DNA of 35,255 nucleotides from Spirochaetales bacterium. Lineage in GTDB: Bacteria; Spirochaetota; Spirochaetia; Treponematales; UBA12059. The position numbers were made by a program, and so were the translations under genes. The first letter of the stretch is position 1; each line of letters starts with the position of its first letter. The stretch is from the NCBI GenBank assembly GCA_016928955.1, contig JAFGJV010000038.1, positions 1 to 35,255 of the forward strand, in the 5' to 3' direction. This document shows positions 17,773-26,842 of this stretch, piece after piece. Below the pieces are notes generated by a model, which had not been told where the DNA came from, made no database searches, and worked only from the letters and a program-made list of their open reading frames with translations.

Positions 17773-17844
17773 TCCTTGGCACGACGGGTTGCCGCGGAAC
17801 GCGCTGGACCGCGGCTGCCCTCCTTGCATCCCCCCCCTTTCTTT

Positions 17845-17880
17845 GGACCCCGTCGGGATGGCCGGCGGGGTCCTTTCTTT
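17845..17880 (+). terminator. Rho-independent terminator
   Basis: GGACCCCGTCGG..CCGGCGGGGTCC stem followed by TTTCTTT. Confidence 0.75.
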
Positions 17881-17932
17881 GCCGGCGGTCCGCGCTATGA
17901 AGCCCGGCGGTTTCGCGCTATAGTTGTGGGTG

Positions 17933-18586
17933 ATGAAATACCTAGTCGTCGTATTCCTGGTCCTGGCGTCGGCCCTGCCAGCCGCGGCCATGGACCTGGA
18001 CGCCATAACCGGACGCTTCGGCGTGGCCATCATCAACAACACCGCGCCCACCGCGCCCAATCCCGTGATCAACACCCTGGGAGCGTCCTTCAACCTGCCC
18101 TTCTCCGAGGATTCCCTATTTTCCTTCGACCCGGCCCTGGACATCCTGTGGACCAACTATGAATGGTACGACGGGCGGGCAGCGCCCACCGAATCGGAAA
18201 CCGGCGAGGGCAACAACGTGTTCGTGCTGGGATTCCTTCTGGACCTGCCCGTGGTGGTCAACGTCCGCTTTTCTGACAAGCTCGGCGGGGCCTTCTCCCT
18301 GGGTCCTGCCTTCCTCCTGCGGGTGTCCTTCAAGGGCGACACCACGGAGGGGCTTGAGGCGACCATGGACGAGAACCTGCGCCTGGTTTCGGCGTACTTC
18401 TGGCAGTCGGGACGCTGGCTATACCCGTCAACGGCGTTCAGGTTCGACGTGTTCCTGCAGGAGGGCATCACCTTCAGCATAGGCGCGCGCGGCTTCCTGC
18501 CACTGTTCAACGCCTGGGATCCGGGCATAGCCTTCTGGGACCACGCCATGATCCACGTGACCTTGGGCATGAGGATACGCCTCTGA
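17933..18586 (+). CDS. Secreted protein, candidate small outer-membrane beta-barrel
   Basis: Signal peptide; alternating hydrophobic strands; C-terminus HVTLGMRIRL. Confidence 0.6.
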   Translation: MKYLVVVFLVLASALPAAAMDLDAITGRFGVAIINNTAPTAPNPVINTLGASFNLPFSEDSLFSFDPALDILWTNYEWYDGRAAPTESETGEGNNVFVLGFLLDLPVVVNVRFSDKLGGAFSLGPAFLLRVSFKGDTTEGLEATMDENLRLVSAYFWQSGRWLYPSTAFRFDVFLQEGITFSIGARGFLPLFNAWDPGIAFWDHAMIHVTLGMRIRL

Positions 18587-18597
18587 TGGGAGGCTAC

Positions 18598-19404
18598 ATG
18601 GCTGCCGACGGGCGCCTGGCTGGAGAATCCGGCGCGGGAGACGTGGACGCGGCCCTCCGCGTGGCCGCCGAGGCCGGCCGCATCGTGCTCGAATCCGGCG
18701 GCGAAACCTACCGGGCAGAAGACATCATCATGGCCATCGCCGGGGCCCTGGGAGCGCTCAGCGTGGAAAGCTTTGCCACCCCGACCGGCCTCATGGCGTC
18801 CTGCGAAGACGACGAGGGCCGCAGCCGCGCCGTCATCCGCCGCATACGCAAGGGACAGATGAACCTGGACAAGATAGCCAGGGTGAACGCGGTTGCCCGG
18901 GACGCCGTGGCCGGCTCCTGCGACCTGGACGAGGCCGAGCGGCGCCTGTGCGAGATAGACGCCCTGCCGCCCTACCCAAAACCGGTGCCCGCCCTGGGCT
19001 CGGCCCTGATCACCGGCTTTTTCTGCCTGCTGTTCGGCGGGGCCTGGAACGACGCGCTGACCGCGGGCTTGGTCGGCCTGGCCATGGGCAGGCTGACGTC
19101 CTGGCTGGGAGCCATGCGCCTGCCCGGTTTCTTTATCAACATAGCCGGAGGCGCGTTTAGCGCGGCCATAGCCCTGGGCGCAGGGGCGGCGGGGCTCGCC
19201 GCCAGCGTAGACGCCGTGATCATAGGGTCGATCATGCTCTTGGTGCCGGGGGTGATGATAGTCAACGCCATACGCGACACGATAGCCGGTGACCTGGTGG
19301 CCGGGGTTGCGCGCGGGGCCGACGCCGTGATATCGGCGGCCGGCATATCCATAGGCGTGGGCGTTGCGCTCAAGCTGTGGGCCCTGGCGGGCCAGGCCTT
19401 ATGA
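18598..19404 (+). CDS. ThrE-family threonine/serine exporter, N-terminal-type subunit
   Basis: LESGGETYRAED, NLDKI..VN, IIGSIMLLVPG...NAIRD..GDLV.G; GGGAGG SD before ATG 18598. Confidence 0.88.
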   Translation: MAADGRLAGESGAGDVDAALRVAAEAGRIVLESGGETYRAEDIIMAIAGALGALSVESFATPTGLMASCEDDEGRSRAVIRRIRKGQMNLDKIARVNAVARDAVAGSCDLDEAERRLCEIDALPPYPKPVPALGSALITGFFCLLFGGAWNDALTAGLVGLAMGRLTSWLGAMRLPGFFINIAGGAFSAAIALGAGAAGLAASVDAVIIGSIMLLVPGVMIVNAIRDTIAGDLVAGVARGADAVISAAGISIGVGVALKLWALAGQAL

Positions 19405-19871
19405 CGGAAGCTCTTGCCCAGCTTGCCTGGGCCCTGCTTGCCACCTGCGGCTTTGGGCTCTTGTTCCGGGCGCCGCTCCGAGACCTGCCGGTGGCCGCCC
19501 TGGGCGGCGCCTTGGCCTGGGGGGCCTTCCTGGCGTCCAAGGCGCTCACCGGTTCGCCGAACCTGGCATATTTTGCCGCGTCCTTTGCCGTGGGCGTATA
19601 CGCCGAGTTCATGGCTGCGCTGCTCAAGCGGCCGGCCACCCTGTTCATCCTCAGCGCCATCATTCCGCTGGTGCCCGGCGGGGGCATGTACTACACCATG
19701 TTCCACGCGGTGTCCGGCGACGCGTCCAGGGCGGCATCGGCGGGTTTTGACACGATCCTGGCCGCCGGCGGCATAGCCGGGGGGCTGGCTGTGGCGTCGG
19801 CCGCGTCGCGTATCCTCTGGCTCAAAAAGCCCCGCCCAAGGACGCCCGGGCATGGACGCCGGACTACCTAG
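19401..19871 (+). CDS. ThrE_2-family exporter subunit
   Basis: Hydrophobic, IIPLVPGGGMY motif; ATGA overlap with the preceding gene. Confidence 0.85.
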   Translation: MTEALAQLAWALLATCGFGLLFRAPLRDLPVAALGGALAWGAFLASKALTGSPNLAYFAASFAVGVYAEFMAALLKRPATLFILSAIIPLVPGGGMYYTMFHAVSGDASRAASAGFDTILAAGGIAGGLAVASAASRILWLKKPRPRTPGHGRRTT

Positions 19872-19879
19872 GGGCTACT

Positions 19880-21022
19880 ATGCCATCCATGGATTCGGTC
19901 ATACCCTTTGATTCCGACCGGCCTACGCGGGCCGAGATCCGCCTGGGCGCCCTACGCCGCAATTTGGCCAGGGCCCGCGCCCTGGCCGGCAACGCCAAAA
20001 TCATGGCCGTGGTCAAGGCCGACGCGTATGGTCACGGCCTCCTCCGGACGGCGCGCGAGTTCTCCGACTCGGGCGCGGACTACCTGGGCGTGGCCCTGGT
20101 CGAGGAGGGCGTATACCTGCGCCGGAACGGCATCCGCGTGCCCATACTGGTGCTCGGACCCCTGGACCTACGGCAGGCCGGACAGTTCATCTCGCACGGG
20201 CTGGACATAACCCTGCCGTCCATGGAAAAGGCTGCCGCCATATCGGAAGCGGCCCTGGCCGCCGGACGGAAGGCCCGAGTACACCTCAAATTCGACACGG
20301 GCATGGGCAGGATAGGCGTGCAGTGGGACCGCGATCCCGGGGGCTTTGCCAGGGCCGTGCTGGGCCTGCCCGGCCTCGAGCTGGCCGGCGTGTTCTCGCA
20401 TTTTTCGTCGGCTGATACGGACGACGACTACAGCGCCGAGCAGGAGCGCCGTTTCCGCCTGGTACTGGACGCCGTACGCCGCGAAACCGACGCGCCCTTC
20501 CTGGCCCACTTGGCCAACTCGGCCGGCCTGGTGACGCGGCCGTCGTCCCGCTTTGACTTGGTACGGACCGGCCTGATGCTGTACGGTTACGAGCCGGCGC
20601 CGCCTGCGCTCACCGGCGTGGAACCGGCCATGCGCTTCATGTCCAAGGTGGCGTATTTCAAGGCCCTGGACAGGGGAGCGTCCCTGAGTTACGGCCGGCG
20701 CTGGACCCTTGAGCGCTTCAGCCGCGTGGCCACCGTACCCGTTGGGTACGCGGACGGCTACCCGCGCGCCCTTGGCTGCCAAGCCAGGGCCATCATTCGC
20801 GGGCGGAGCTACCCCGTGGCGGGCACCGTGTGCATGGACCAGCTGATGCTGGACCTCGGGCCGGACGGAGAAGCGTACAACGGCGACGACGTGCTGCTGT
20901 TCGGGGTCAAGGGCGACCAGCGGCTCCCCCTGGAGGAACTCTGCGCGATCGCGGGTACCATACCCTACGAGCTTGTGTGCCGCGTCAGCGCCCGCGTCCC
21001 CAGGGTGTACGTGGAAGACTGA
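19880..21022 (+). CDS. alr: Alanine racemase
   Basis: AVVKADAYGHG PLP motif, HLKFDTGMGRIG, GYADGY, CMDQ, TIPYE; start 19880 or 19889. Confidence 0.95.
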   Translation: MPSMDSVIPFDSDRPTRAEIRLGALRRNLARARALAGNAKIMAVVKADAYGHGLLRTAREFSDSGADYLGVALVEEGVYLRRNGIRVPILVLGPLDLRQAGQFISHGLDITLPSMEKAAAISEAALAAGRKARVHLKFDTGMGRIGVQWDRDPGGFARAVLGLPGLELAGVFSHFSSADTDDDYSAEQERRFRLVLDAVRRETDAPFLAHLANSAGLVTRPSSRFDLVRTGLMLYGYEPAPPALTGVEPAMRFMSKVAYFKALDRGASLSYGRRWTLERFSRVATVPVGYADGYPRALGCQARAIIRGRSYPVAGTVCMDQLMLDLGPDGEAYNGDDVLLFGVKGDQRLPLEELCAIAGTIPYELVCRVSARVPRVYVED

Positions 21023-21040
21023 GCGGGCGCTGCCGGTCGT

Positions 21041-21691
21041 TTAGGGCAGGAGCGACAGGACGGCAAAAAAGTGCAGGATAGTGCCCGCGCCCACGAACAG
21101 GTGCCACACGGGGTGGCTCCAACTGGCCTTGCCGGCGTAAAATGCCACGCCGAGGGTGTACGCCAGCCCGCCGCCCATCAGGAACCAGAGGGTATCCGCG
21201 CCCACCGACGCCGCCAGCGGTTTCCAGGCAAACACCACTATCCAGCCCATGGCCACATAGGCCACGGAGGTGAGAATCTTGGTCTGGCGGGTACGGAAGG
21301 GCTCCAGGGCTATCCCCAACAGGGCCGCTCCCCACACGATACCGAATATCCACCAGCCAACGCCCGGCCTCAGGGCCACCAGCGCAAAGGGCGTGTATGT
21401 GCCTGCTATCAGGACGTAAATGGACGCATGGTCCAGAACCTTGAATACCCGCTTGGCTCGCGGCGAGCGTATGGCGTGATACAGCGTGGACATGAGATAC
21501 AGAAGCAAAGCCGACGCGGCGAACACGGAAAACGACACCACATGCCAGGCGTTGCCCCTGGACAAGCCGGCTGCCACGAGCACCACGGCGCCGACCGCCG
21601 CCAACACGGCCCCCAAGCCGTGGCTGATGGCGTTGGCCAGTTCGGCGCCCGCTGAATACGGCCGCGTTTGTTGAAGTGCAGTCTGAGACAT
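21041..21691 (-). CDS. Hemolysin III/PAQR family membrane protein
   Basis: E.ANAISHG, STLYH, LDHASIYVLIAGTYTP, H.VWHLFV motifs; about 7 TM. Confidence 0.92.
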   Translation of the reverse strand: MSQTALQQTRPYSAGAELANAISHGLGAVLAAVGAVVLVAAGLSRGNAWHVVSFSVFAASALLLYLMSTLYHAIRSPRAKRVFKVLDHASIYVLIAGTYTPFALVALRPGVGWWIFGIVWGAALLGIALEPFRTRQTKILTSVAYVAMGWIVVFAWKPLAASVGADTLWFLMGGGLAYTLGVAFYAGKASWSHPVWHLFVGAGTILHFFAVLSLLP

Positions 21692-21785
21692 GTACCTACC
21701 TTTCTGAGTCCTTTGACCCTGGCATATCGCTCTGGTTGCGTTTCCCGAGGTTTTTCGGTGTTGAACGGGCGCCAGGGCTCAGGGC

Positions 21786-21820
21786 AAAAAAAAACGGAAC
21801 GCCGGCCCTGGCGTTCCGTT
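21786..21820 (-). terminator. Strong rho-independent terminator
   Basis: 11-bp stem AACGGAACGCC/GGCGTTCCGTT, 6-nt loop, run of 9 T on the minus strand. Confidence 0.88.
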
Positions 21821-21907
21821 CTCTGGGCTTCCGCCCTTTTACCTTGTCCCCCACACGGCTGTTTTTACCTGATACATTTTTACTTGTTTTGGGGACCTTA
21901 CCAACCG
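21786..21907 (-). ncRNA. Candidate sigma54-dependent small RNA (~120 nt)
   Basis: Bounded by a -24/-12 promoter and a terminator; only a 12-codon ORF inside; four GUAA motifs and two stems. Confidence 0.6.
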
Positions 21908-21917
21908 CCATCTATAG

Positions 21918-21933
21918 AGCAGGAATCATGCCA
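21918..21933 (-). promoter_or_regulatory. Sigma54 (-24/-12) promoter
   Basis: TGGCATGATTCCTGCT matches TGGCAC-N5-TTGCW with correct GG-N10-GC spacing; immediately downstream of a sigma54 activator gene. Confidence 0.75.
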
Positions 21934-22136
21934 AAAGCATGGAGGAACAGTCAAAATGCAAGAAATTTCATGCGTTCGTATTTCGTTATATTACATACAC
22001 TTATCTAGTTTGTCTGACAGAACCCTGCAGAAACGAACATCAGGGCTTCCCGAGCCCCTGTGCGTTTTATCCGTACCACAACCGTATTCGCTGTAAAAGT
22101 TAAGAATAATTCCTTGGCCATCAAGGTGTTACATGC

Positions 22137-22172
22137 TTGTAGCAAAAACGACAACTGTGCAAAATCGCACAG
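22137..22172. promoter_or_regulatory. Tandem enhancer-like sites (2 x TGT-N10-ACA)
   Basis: TTGT-AGCAAAAACG-ACAA (22137-22154) abutting CTGT-GCAAAATCGC-ACAG (22155-22172). Confidence 0.55.
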
Positions 22173-22181
22173 GGCACCCAG

Positions 22182-23582
22182 CTAGTCGTCTTCATTACTC
22201 CGTACGCTGCGGTTCAAGGCCGAGCGCGATATGCCAAGGAGGCCAGCGGCCACGCCCTGGTTGTCCCCGCTTCTGGCCAGAGCCTCCCGTATCAGCTCCG
22301 CCCTGGCCTCCCTGAGCGTCGGGAGGACGGCCAGCCGGGAGAACAGGCCATCAGCGTCGCTCTTGGCCGGCACGTGAGCCTTGCCCCCGCGGAATACGCG
22401 GGCCTTGAACGAATCCAGGGCCAGCACGCGCGAGTCCGAGCGGGCAACGGCGTCATGGACCATGGATTCCAGCTCGCGGACGTTGCCCGGAAAATCATAG
22501 GTCCGCAGCAAATCGTACAACTCGGGCGGTATGATGGGTTTTTTCTTGCCGAATCTCCCGGCCGCCGCCTCGGCAAAGCGCTCGACCAGGAGCGGGAGGT
22601 CGTCGCGACGCTCCCTGAGGGGCGGCAGGCGTATCCGGTGGGTTTCTAGCCGGTAGTACAGGTCCTGGCGAAACTGCCCTGCGGCCGCCGCAGCCTCCAA
22701 GTCCCGATGCGTGGCTGTCACCACCAGGGCATCGGATGTCTTCATGGCGTCCGAGCCCAGGGGGTAGTAGCGTTTCTGCTCGATCAGGCGGAGCAACTTG
22801 ACCTGGCTCTGGGCTGAAAGGTCGCCGATTTCGTCCAGGAACAGGGTGCCGCCCGCCGCCCGCTCTATAAGGCCCGGACGGTCGGTATCCGCGCCCGTGA
22901 ACGCTCCCCGGCGGTGGCCAAACAGAGTATCGCTGAACATGGTGTCGTCAAGTCCCGCCACGTTCACCGCCACCAGCTCGCCCGAGCGCCCGGACGCCGC
23001 GTGTATGGCGCTTGCTACCAGTTCCTTGCCCGTGCCGGATTCGCCCGATATGAGCACGGGCCGGTCGCTGGCGACAATGGCTTCTATGTACCGGAAGATG
23101 GACAGCATGCGGCCGTCCCGGGTGATGATGCGGTCAAAGCTAGGAGACGGGGGCTTGGCAGCCTCCAAAAAGCTTTGCCTGAGGGCGCGATTGTCCTCTT
23201 TAAGGCTGGCTATCAGGGCGGCGTGCTCGATACTGGCCAGAAGACGGGCGCTCTCAGCCGACTTGGGCACATAGTCAAAAGCTCCTGCCTTCATGCAACG
23301 GACCACGGCGTCCAGATCGTCCACGGCCGTGCCCACGATGACCGGCACGTTCGGATAGTCCTCCCGCATGCGCTCGAGCACCTGATACCCGTCCATGCCG
23401 GGCATGAGCAGGTCCACGACCATGGCCACCGCGGGCTTCTCGTCCAGGGCGGCAAAGGCGTCCTCGGCGCGTTCGCAGAGGGCCACGTCCGTCCAGCCCT
23501 CGAAACGCAGCACGCGCCCCATCCTGGCAAGCACGTCCACGTCGTCGTCAAGCACCAGGATACGCCCGGACTTGTCTATCAT
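22182..23582 (-). CDS. NtrC-family sigma54-dependent response regulator (REC-AAA+-HTH)
   Basis: REC (LDDD, VDLLMPG), Walker A GESGTGKE, intact GAFTGA, LFLDEIGD, FPGNVREL, Fis-type HTH; ATGA overlap with the kinase. Confidence 0.95.
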   Translation of the reverse strand: MIDKSGRILVLDDDVDVLARMGRVLRFEGWTDVALCERAEDAFAALDEKPAVAMVVDLLMPGMDGYQVLERMREDYPNVPVIVGTAVDDLDAVVRCMKAGAFDYVPKSAESARLLASIEHAALIASLKEDNRALRQSFLEAAKPPSPSFDRIITRDGRMLSIFRYIEAIVASDRPVLISGESGTGKELVASAIHAASGRSGELVAVNVAGLDDTMFSDTLFGHRRGAFTGADTDRPGLIERAAGGTLFLDEIGDLSAQSQVKLLRLIEQKRYYPLGSDAMKTSDALVVTATHRDLEAAAAAGQFRQDLYYRLETHRIRLPPLRERRDDLPLLVERFAEAAAGRFGKKKPIIPPELYDLLRTYDFPGNVRELESMVHDAVARSDSRVLALDSFKARVFRGGKAHVPAKSDADGLFSRLAVLPTLREARAELIREALARSGDNQGVAAGLLGISRSALNRSVRSNEDD

Positions 23583-26500
23583 GTAGCCCCTTCCTTGTCT
23601 CTCAGCGCGGGAAGGCGGATGATCGCCTCCGTTCCCCTACCGAGGGTGGAGTGCAATTCTATGGCCCCGCCCAGCTCGCGCACAATGCCCGCGGATACCG
23701 GCATGCCCAGACCGGTGCCCCCCCGCTCGCGGCGGGTGGTAAAAAAGGGGTCGAACACGGAACTCAGCACGTCGGGGCTCATGCCCGCTCCCTCGTCGCG
23801 CACGCGAACGCACACCCAGGACGGAGAGTCGCCTCCGCCTTCCGCGTACGTGGACACCTCTATGCCCTTGTCGGGGTCCGGCAGGGCCTGCAGGGCGTTT
23901 TCCATGACGTTGACCACAACCTGCGTGAGCTTGAGCCTGTCCGCGCGCACGGGCGGAAGGCCGGAAGCTTGGTTGAACACGGCCCTGCGCGTGCACACCG
24001 ATATCGTGTGCCTGAGGAGGCGGGACGCGTACCCCACCACCTGGTTGACGTCCACCGCCTCGGCCTGGCCGGCGCTTGAGCCGCGGGCGTAGTCCTTGAG
24101 GTCGGACACTATCCTGCGTATGTGCTGGGCGCCCATGTACAGGTCGTTGAGCATCTCCGGAACCTCGGCCGCCAGATCCTCGGCGGAAAAGCCCTGGACG
24201 GCGAATTCTCGCTCGCGCCCGAGCCTGGTGACTTCCGGGGCAAGGGCCGCCCATATCTCCCTCAGCATGGGCACGTTCCTGAGCACGGCGTTGTTGGGGG
24301 TGTTGATCTCATGGGCCACGCCCGCCGTCAGCCAGCCGAGCGTCTTGAACTTGTCCACCTCGGCCATGCGGGCACGCTGTTCCCGGTCCCTGGCCACGCC
24401 CTTGGCCAGGTCCACCTGGGTACGCACTCGGGCCGACAGCTCGGAACCGCCGACAGGACGGACAACAAAATCCCGGGCTCCCGCGCCAAAGGCCTTGCCC
24501 AGATCTTCCTTGCGGGCGGAATCCAATATAAGGATGACAGGCGGGGCGTCGTGCTCCTTGGACACGCGTATCAGCGTGCAGAGCTCAAAGCCGCTGATCT
24601 CGGGCATGTCCGCGTCCACCACGGCCGCCTGGTATTCGCTGCCGGTGGACACCGCGTTCAGGGCATCCAGGGCCGATACCCGGGCGTCCACGGACCAGCC
24701 GTCCTCCTCCAGGCGCCGCTTGAGGGCAAAAAGGCTCAGGGGGTCGTCGTCCACGGCCAGGATCATGCCGCCCGGCCTTGCCTTGGCCGCAAGGTCCACG
24801 CTCAGGGCCTCCGGGCTCCCGTACTCCCTGTGTGCGTCCGCCGCGTCGCCATACTGCCGCCAGCTCATGGAGCGGGGGAACACAAAGGAATAGCGATTGC
24901 GGCCGCCGTCCCTGGAGTAGGAAAAGCTTCCGCCCAGTTCCCGTGCCAGGCGCGAGCACACCACCAGGTCCACCGCGCCAGCTTCCTCGGCCAGGAGCCT
25001 GGCCGGACCGCCGGAGTCGTCGCCCCGATACTCGGACGGCAACCCCTCCACTTCGGGACCGGTGTCCGCCTGCTCCACGCCGTCGTCGCTCAGCTCAAAC
25101 CTGACCAGGTGGGAATCCGCGGACGCTTCCACCCGGTACTCTCCCAGGCCCCGGGTTTTCATGACGCGGCACAGCACCATATAGGCAAGCTGCTGTATGC
25201 CCTTGAAGTCGTTGCGCAGCTCGATGAGGGGCACTTCAAAGCGCTCGCGAATGTCGCGGCCGGCGCGCAGGTAGGCGGTAAGGTTGACGGCGGCCCTGAG
25301 CACGGGCGCCAGGTTGAAGGTTTCGGCCTGGGGCCGTAGGACGCCGGCGCGCAGGCGGAGATACACCAGGGTGTTGGCGACCAGGGTGGCCACGCCGATC
25401 AGCTGGGCCCGCGCCAGGGCCAGTACCGACCCGGACGCGTGGTCGGCCGGCTTGATTTCCTCGACCAGGGCCAGGGCAGTGTCCAGGGGTTCGGCCAGGG
25501 CCCGAGCCGTGCCCAGTATGTAGGTGTCCCTGTCGGCGGTCACGCGCTCCAGGCGCTTGAAGGCCCGGGCGTAATCCTTGTCGGCGTTGAGCCTGGTCTG
25601 GATGGCCAGAGTGCCCAGGGCAAAGCTCATGAGCAGGGCGTGGAGAAACAGGGCTATGGGCAGCAGATGAAAGAACACGTCCAGTTCCGACAAACGGGGT
25701 GCGGCCGCCGCGAGGAACGCGCCCGCCAGGCCCGACGCGGGCAGGAGCCACAACGCGTTCTTGGACGAGCGCAGCCACCGGTCGGTCCTGAAAGCCGCCA
25801 CGCCCCGGACGCCCTCCTGCACGAGCTGGACCAGGAGTATCCCCATCATCGCGAGGTGGGGAACGGTTGACGGCAGAAGCGCGGACAGAAGGAGAATAGC
25901 CGCGTAGGCGGCCGGGCATACGATCCCCGGCCTCCATGCCCGGGCCTTCCCCTCGCCGTAACGCTGTCTGCCAACGGCCAAAAGCGACAAACCCTGGGCG
26001 CAGAAGAGCAGGTCAAGCGCCAGCCTTCCGCCCGTGGGGCCAAGGGCCAAACCCGCGGTGCCCGCTCCCCTCAGGCTCAGCATCACGAGGAGCAGGGACG
26101 CCGCCGCGAACACGAGATATCCGGGCATATTCACGGATCGACCCACCACGATGACCATGGCGGCCAGGTACAGTATCGCCATGGCGCCCACCACGATGCC
26201 TGCCACCCGGGTAAACAATATGAGCCTGCCCGTCAGGGCGCCCAGCCTCCACAGCCTGAGATCCCAGAAGAAACGGCCATGCCCCTCCATGCGCACGTAC
26301 ACGGTCCAGCGCGTGCTGGAGGTCAGGGACAGGGACAGGGCGGACACGTTGGACAGACCCGTGTCCAACACGCGGTCGTCCAGGTCAACGCCCCTCCACA
26401 CGTGGCGGGTGCCGTCTTCTGCCACGGCGACGAGAAGGCTTGGCCGTGCGTCCGAGAGGTAGGACGTAAGCACCCAGTCGTCATAGCCGGACAGGTTCCT

Positions 26501-26842
26501 GACCGTCAGGGCCACCCAGCGCGACCCCGAGCCGTAGCGGCCGGCCTGGTCGGGATCAAAGCTTCTGAACACCAGGGCGTCGGGTATAAACCCAAGACCG
26601 GCGGGATCCAGCTTGGCTCCGGCCGAGTCGTACACCAGCATGTCGCCGGAAATGCTCATGGCCTGGGCGCCTTCCCAGAGCACCAGGGTGGGGAGGCTGG
26701 GCCTGGGCTCTGACCCGAGCGGGGTTTCCGCGCCCCCCTGGCCGGGCCGAGCGTCCGTGGGCGACGCCCAAAGCGGGGCGACCAGGGCGGCAAGCAAGCC
26801 CAGGGCGTACATCCGGCGCGCGGCCGCTGGTTTTCCGCTCAT
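23579..26842 (-). CDS. Hybrid sensor histidine kinase (extracytoplasmic domain + multi-TM + degenerate kinase-like module + REC + HisKA/HATPase)
   Basis: H-box GVAHEINTP, N-box NVMENA, DEGAGM, FDPFFTT, GTGLG; REC AVDDD...VDADMP; ATG 26842 overlaps the PHP stop. Confidence 0.9.
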   Translation of the reverse strand: MSGKPAAARRMYALGLLAALVAPLWASPTDARPGQGGAETPLGSEPRPSLPTLVLWEGAQAMSISGDMLVYDSAGAKLDPAGLGFIPDALVFRSFDPDQAGRYGSGSRWVALTVRNLSGYDDWVLTSYLSDARPSLLVAVAEDGTRHVWRGVDLDDRVLDTGLSNVSALSLSLTSSTRWTVYVRMEGHGRFFWDLRLWRLGALTGRLILFTRVAGIVVGAMAILYLAAMVIVVGRSVNMPGYLVFAAASLLLVMLSLRGAGTAGLALGPTGGRLALDLLFCAQGLSLLAVGRQRYGEGKARAWRPGIVCPAAYAAILLLSALLPSTVPHLAMMGILLVQLVQEGVRGVAAFRTDRWLRSSKNALWLLPASGLAGAFLAAAAPRLSELDVFFHLLPIALFLHALLMSFALGTLAIQTRLNADKDYARAFKRLERVTADRDTYILGTARALAEPLDTALALVEEIKPADHASGSVLALARAQLIGVATLVANTLVYLRLRAGVLRPQAETFNLAPVLRAAVNLTAYLRAGRDIRERFEVPLIELRNDFKGIQQLAYMVLCRVMKTRGLGEYRVEASADSHLVRFELSDDGVEQADTGPEVEGLPSEYRGDDSGGPARLLAEEAGAVDLVVCSRLARELGGSFSYSRDGGRNRYSFVFPRSMSWRQYGDAADAHREYGSPEALSVDLAAKARPGGMILAVDDDPLSLFALKRRLEEDGWSVDARVSALDALNAVSTGSEYQAAVVDADMPEISGFELCTLIRVSKEHDAPPVILILDSARKEDLGKAFGAGARDFVVRPVGGSELSARVRTQVDLAKGVARDREQRARMAEVDKFKTLGWLTAGVAHEINTPNNAVLRNVPMLREIWAALAPEVTRLGREREFAVQGFSAEDLAAEVPEMLNDLYMGAQHIRRIVSDLKDYARGSSAGQAEAVDVNQVVGYASRLLRHTISVCTRRAVFNQASGLPPVRADRLKLTQVVVNVMENALQALPDPDKGIEVSTYAEGGGDSPSWVCVRVRDEGAGMSPDVLSSVFDPFFTTRRERGGTGLGMPVSAGIVRELGGAIELHSTLGRGTEAIIRLPALRDKEGAT

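Noticed and set aside
21696..21911. 71-aa ORF MAVGKVPK... spanning the candidate sRNA
   Set aside because: Its ATG lies upstream of the predicted sigma54 start site, it has no SD, and it crosses a strong terminator
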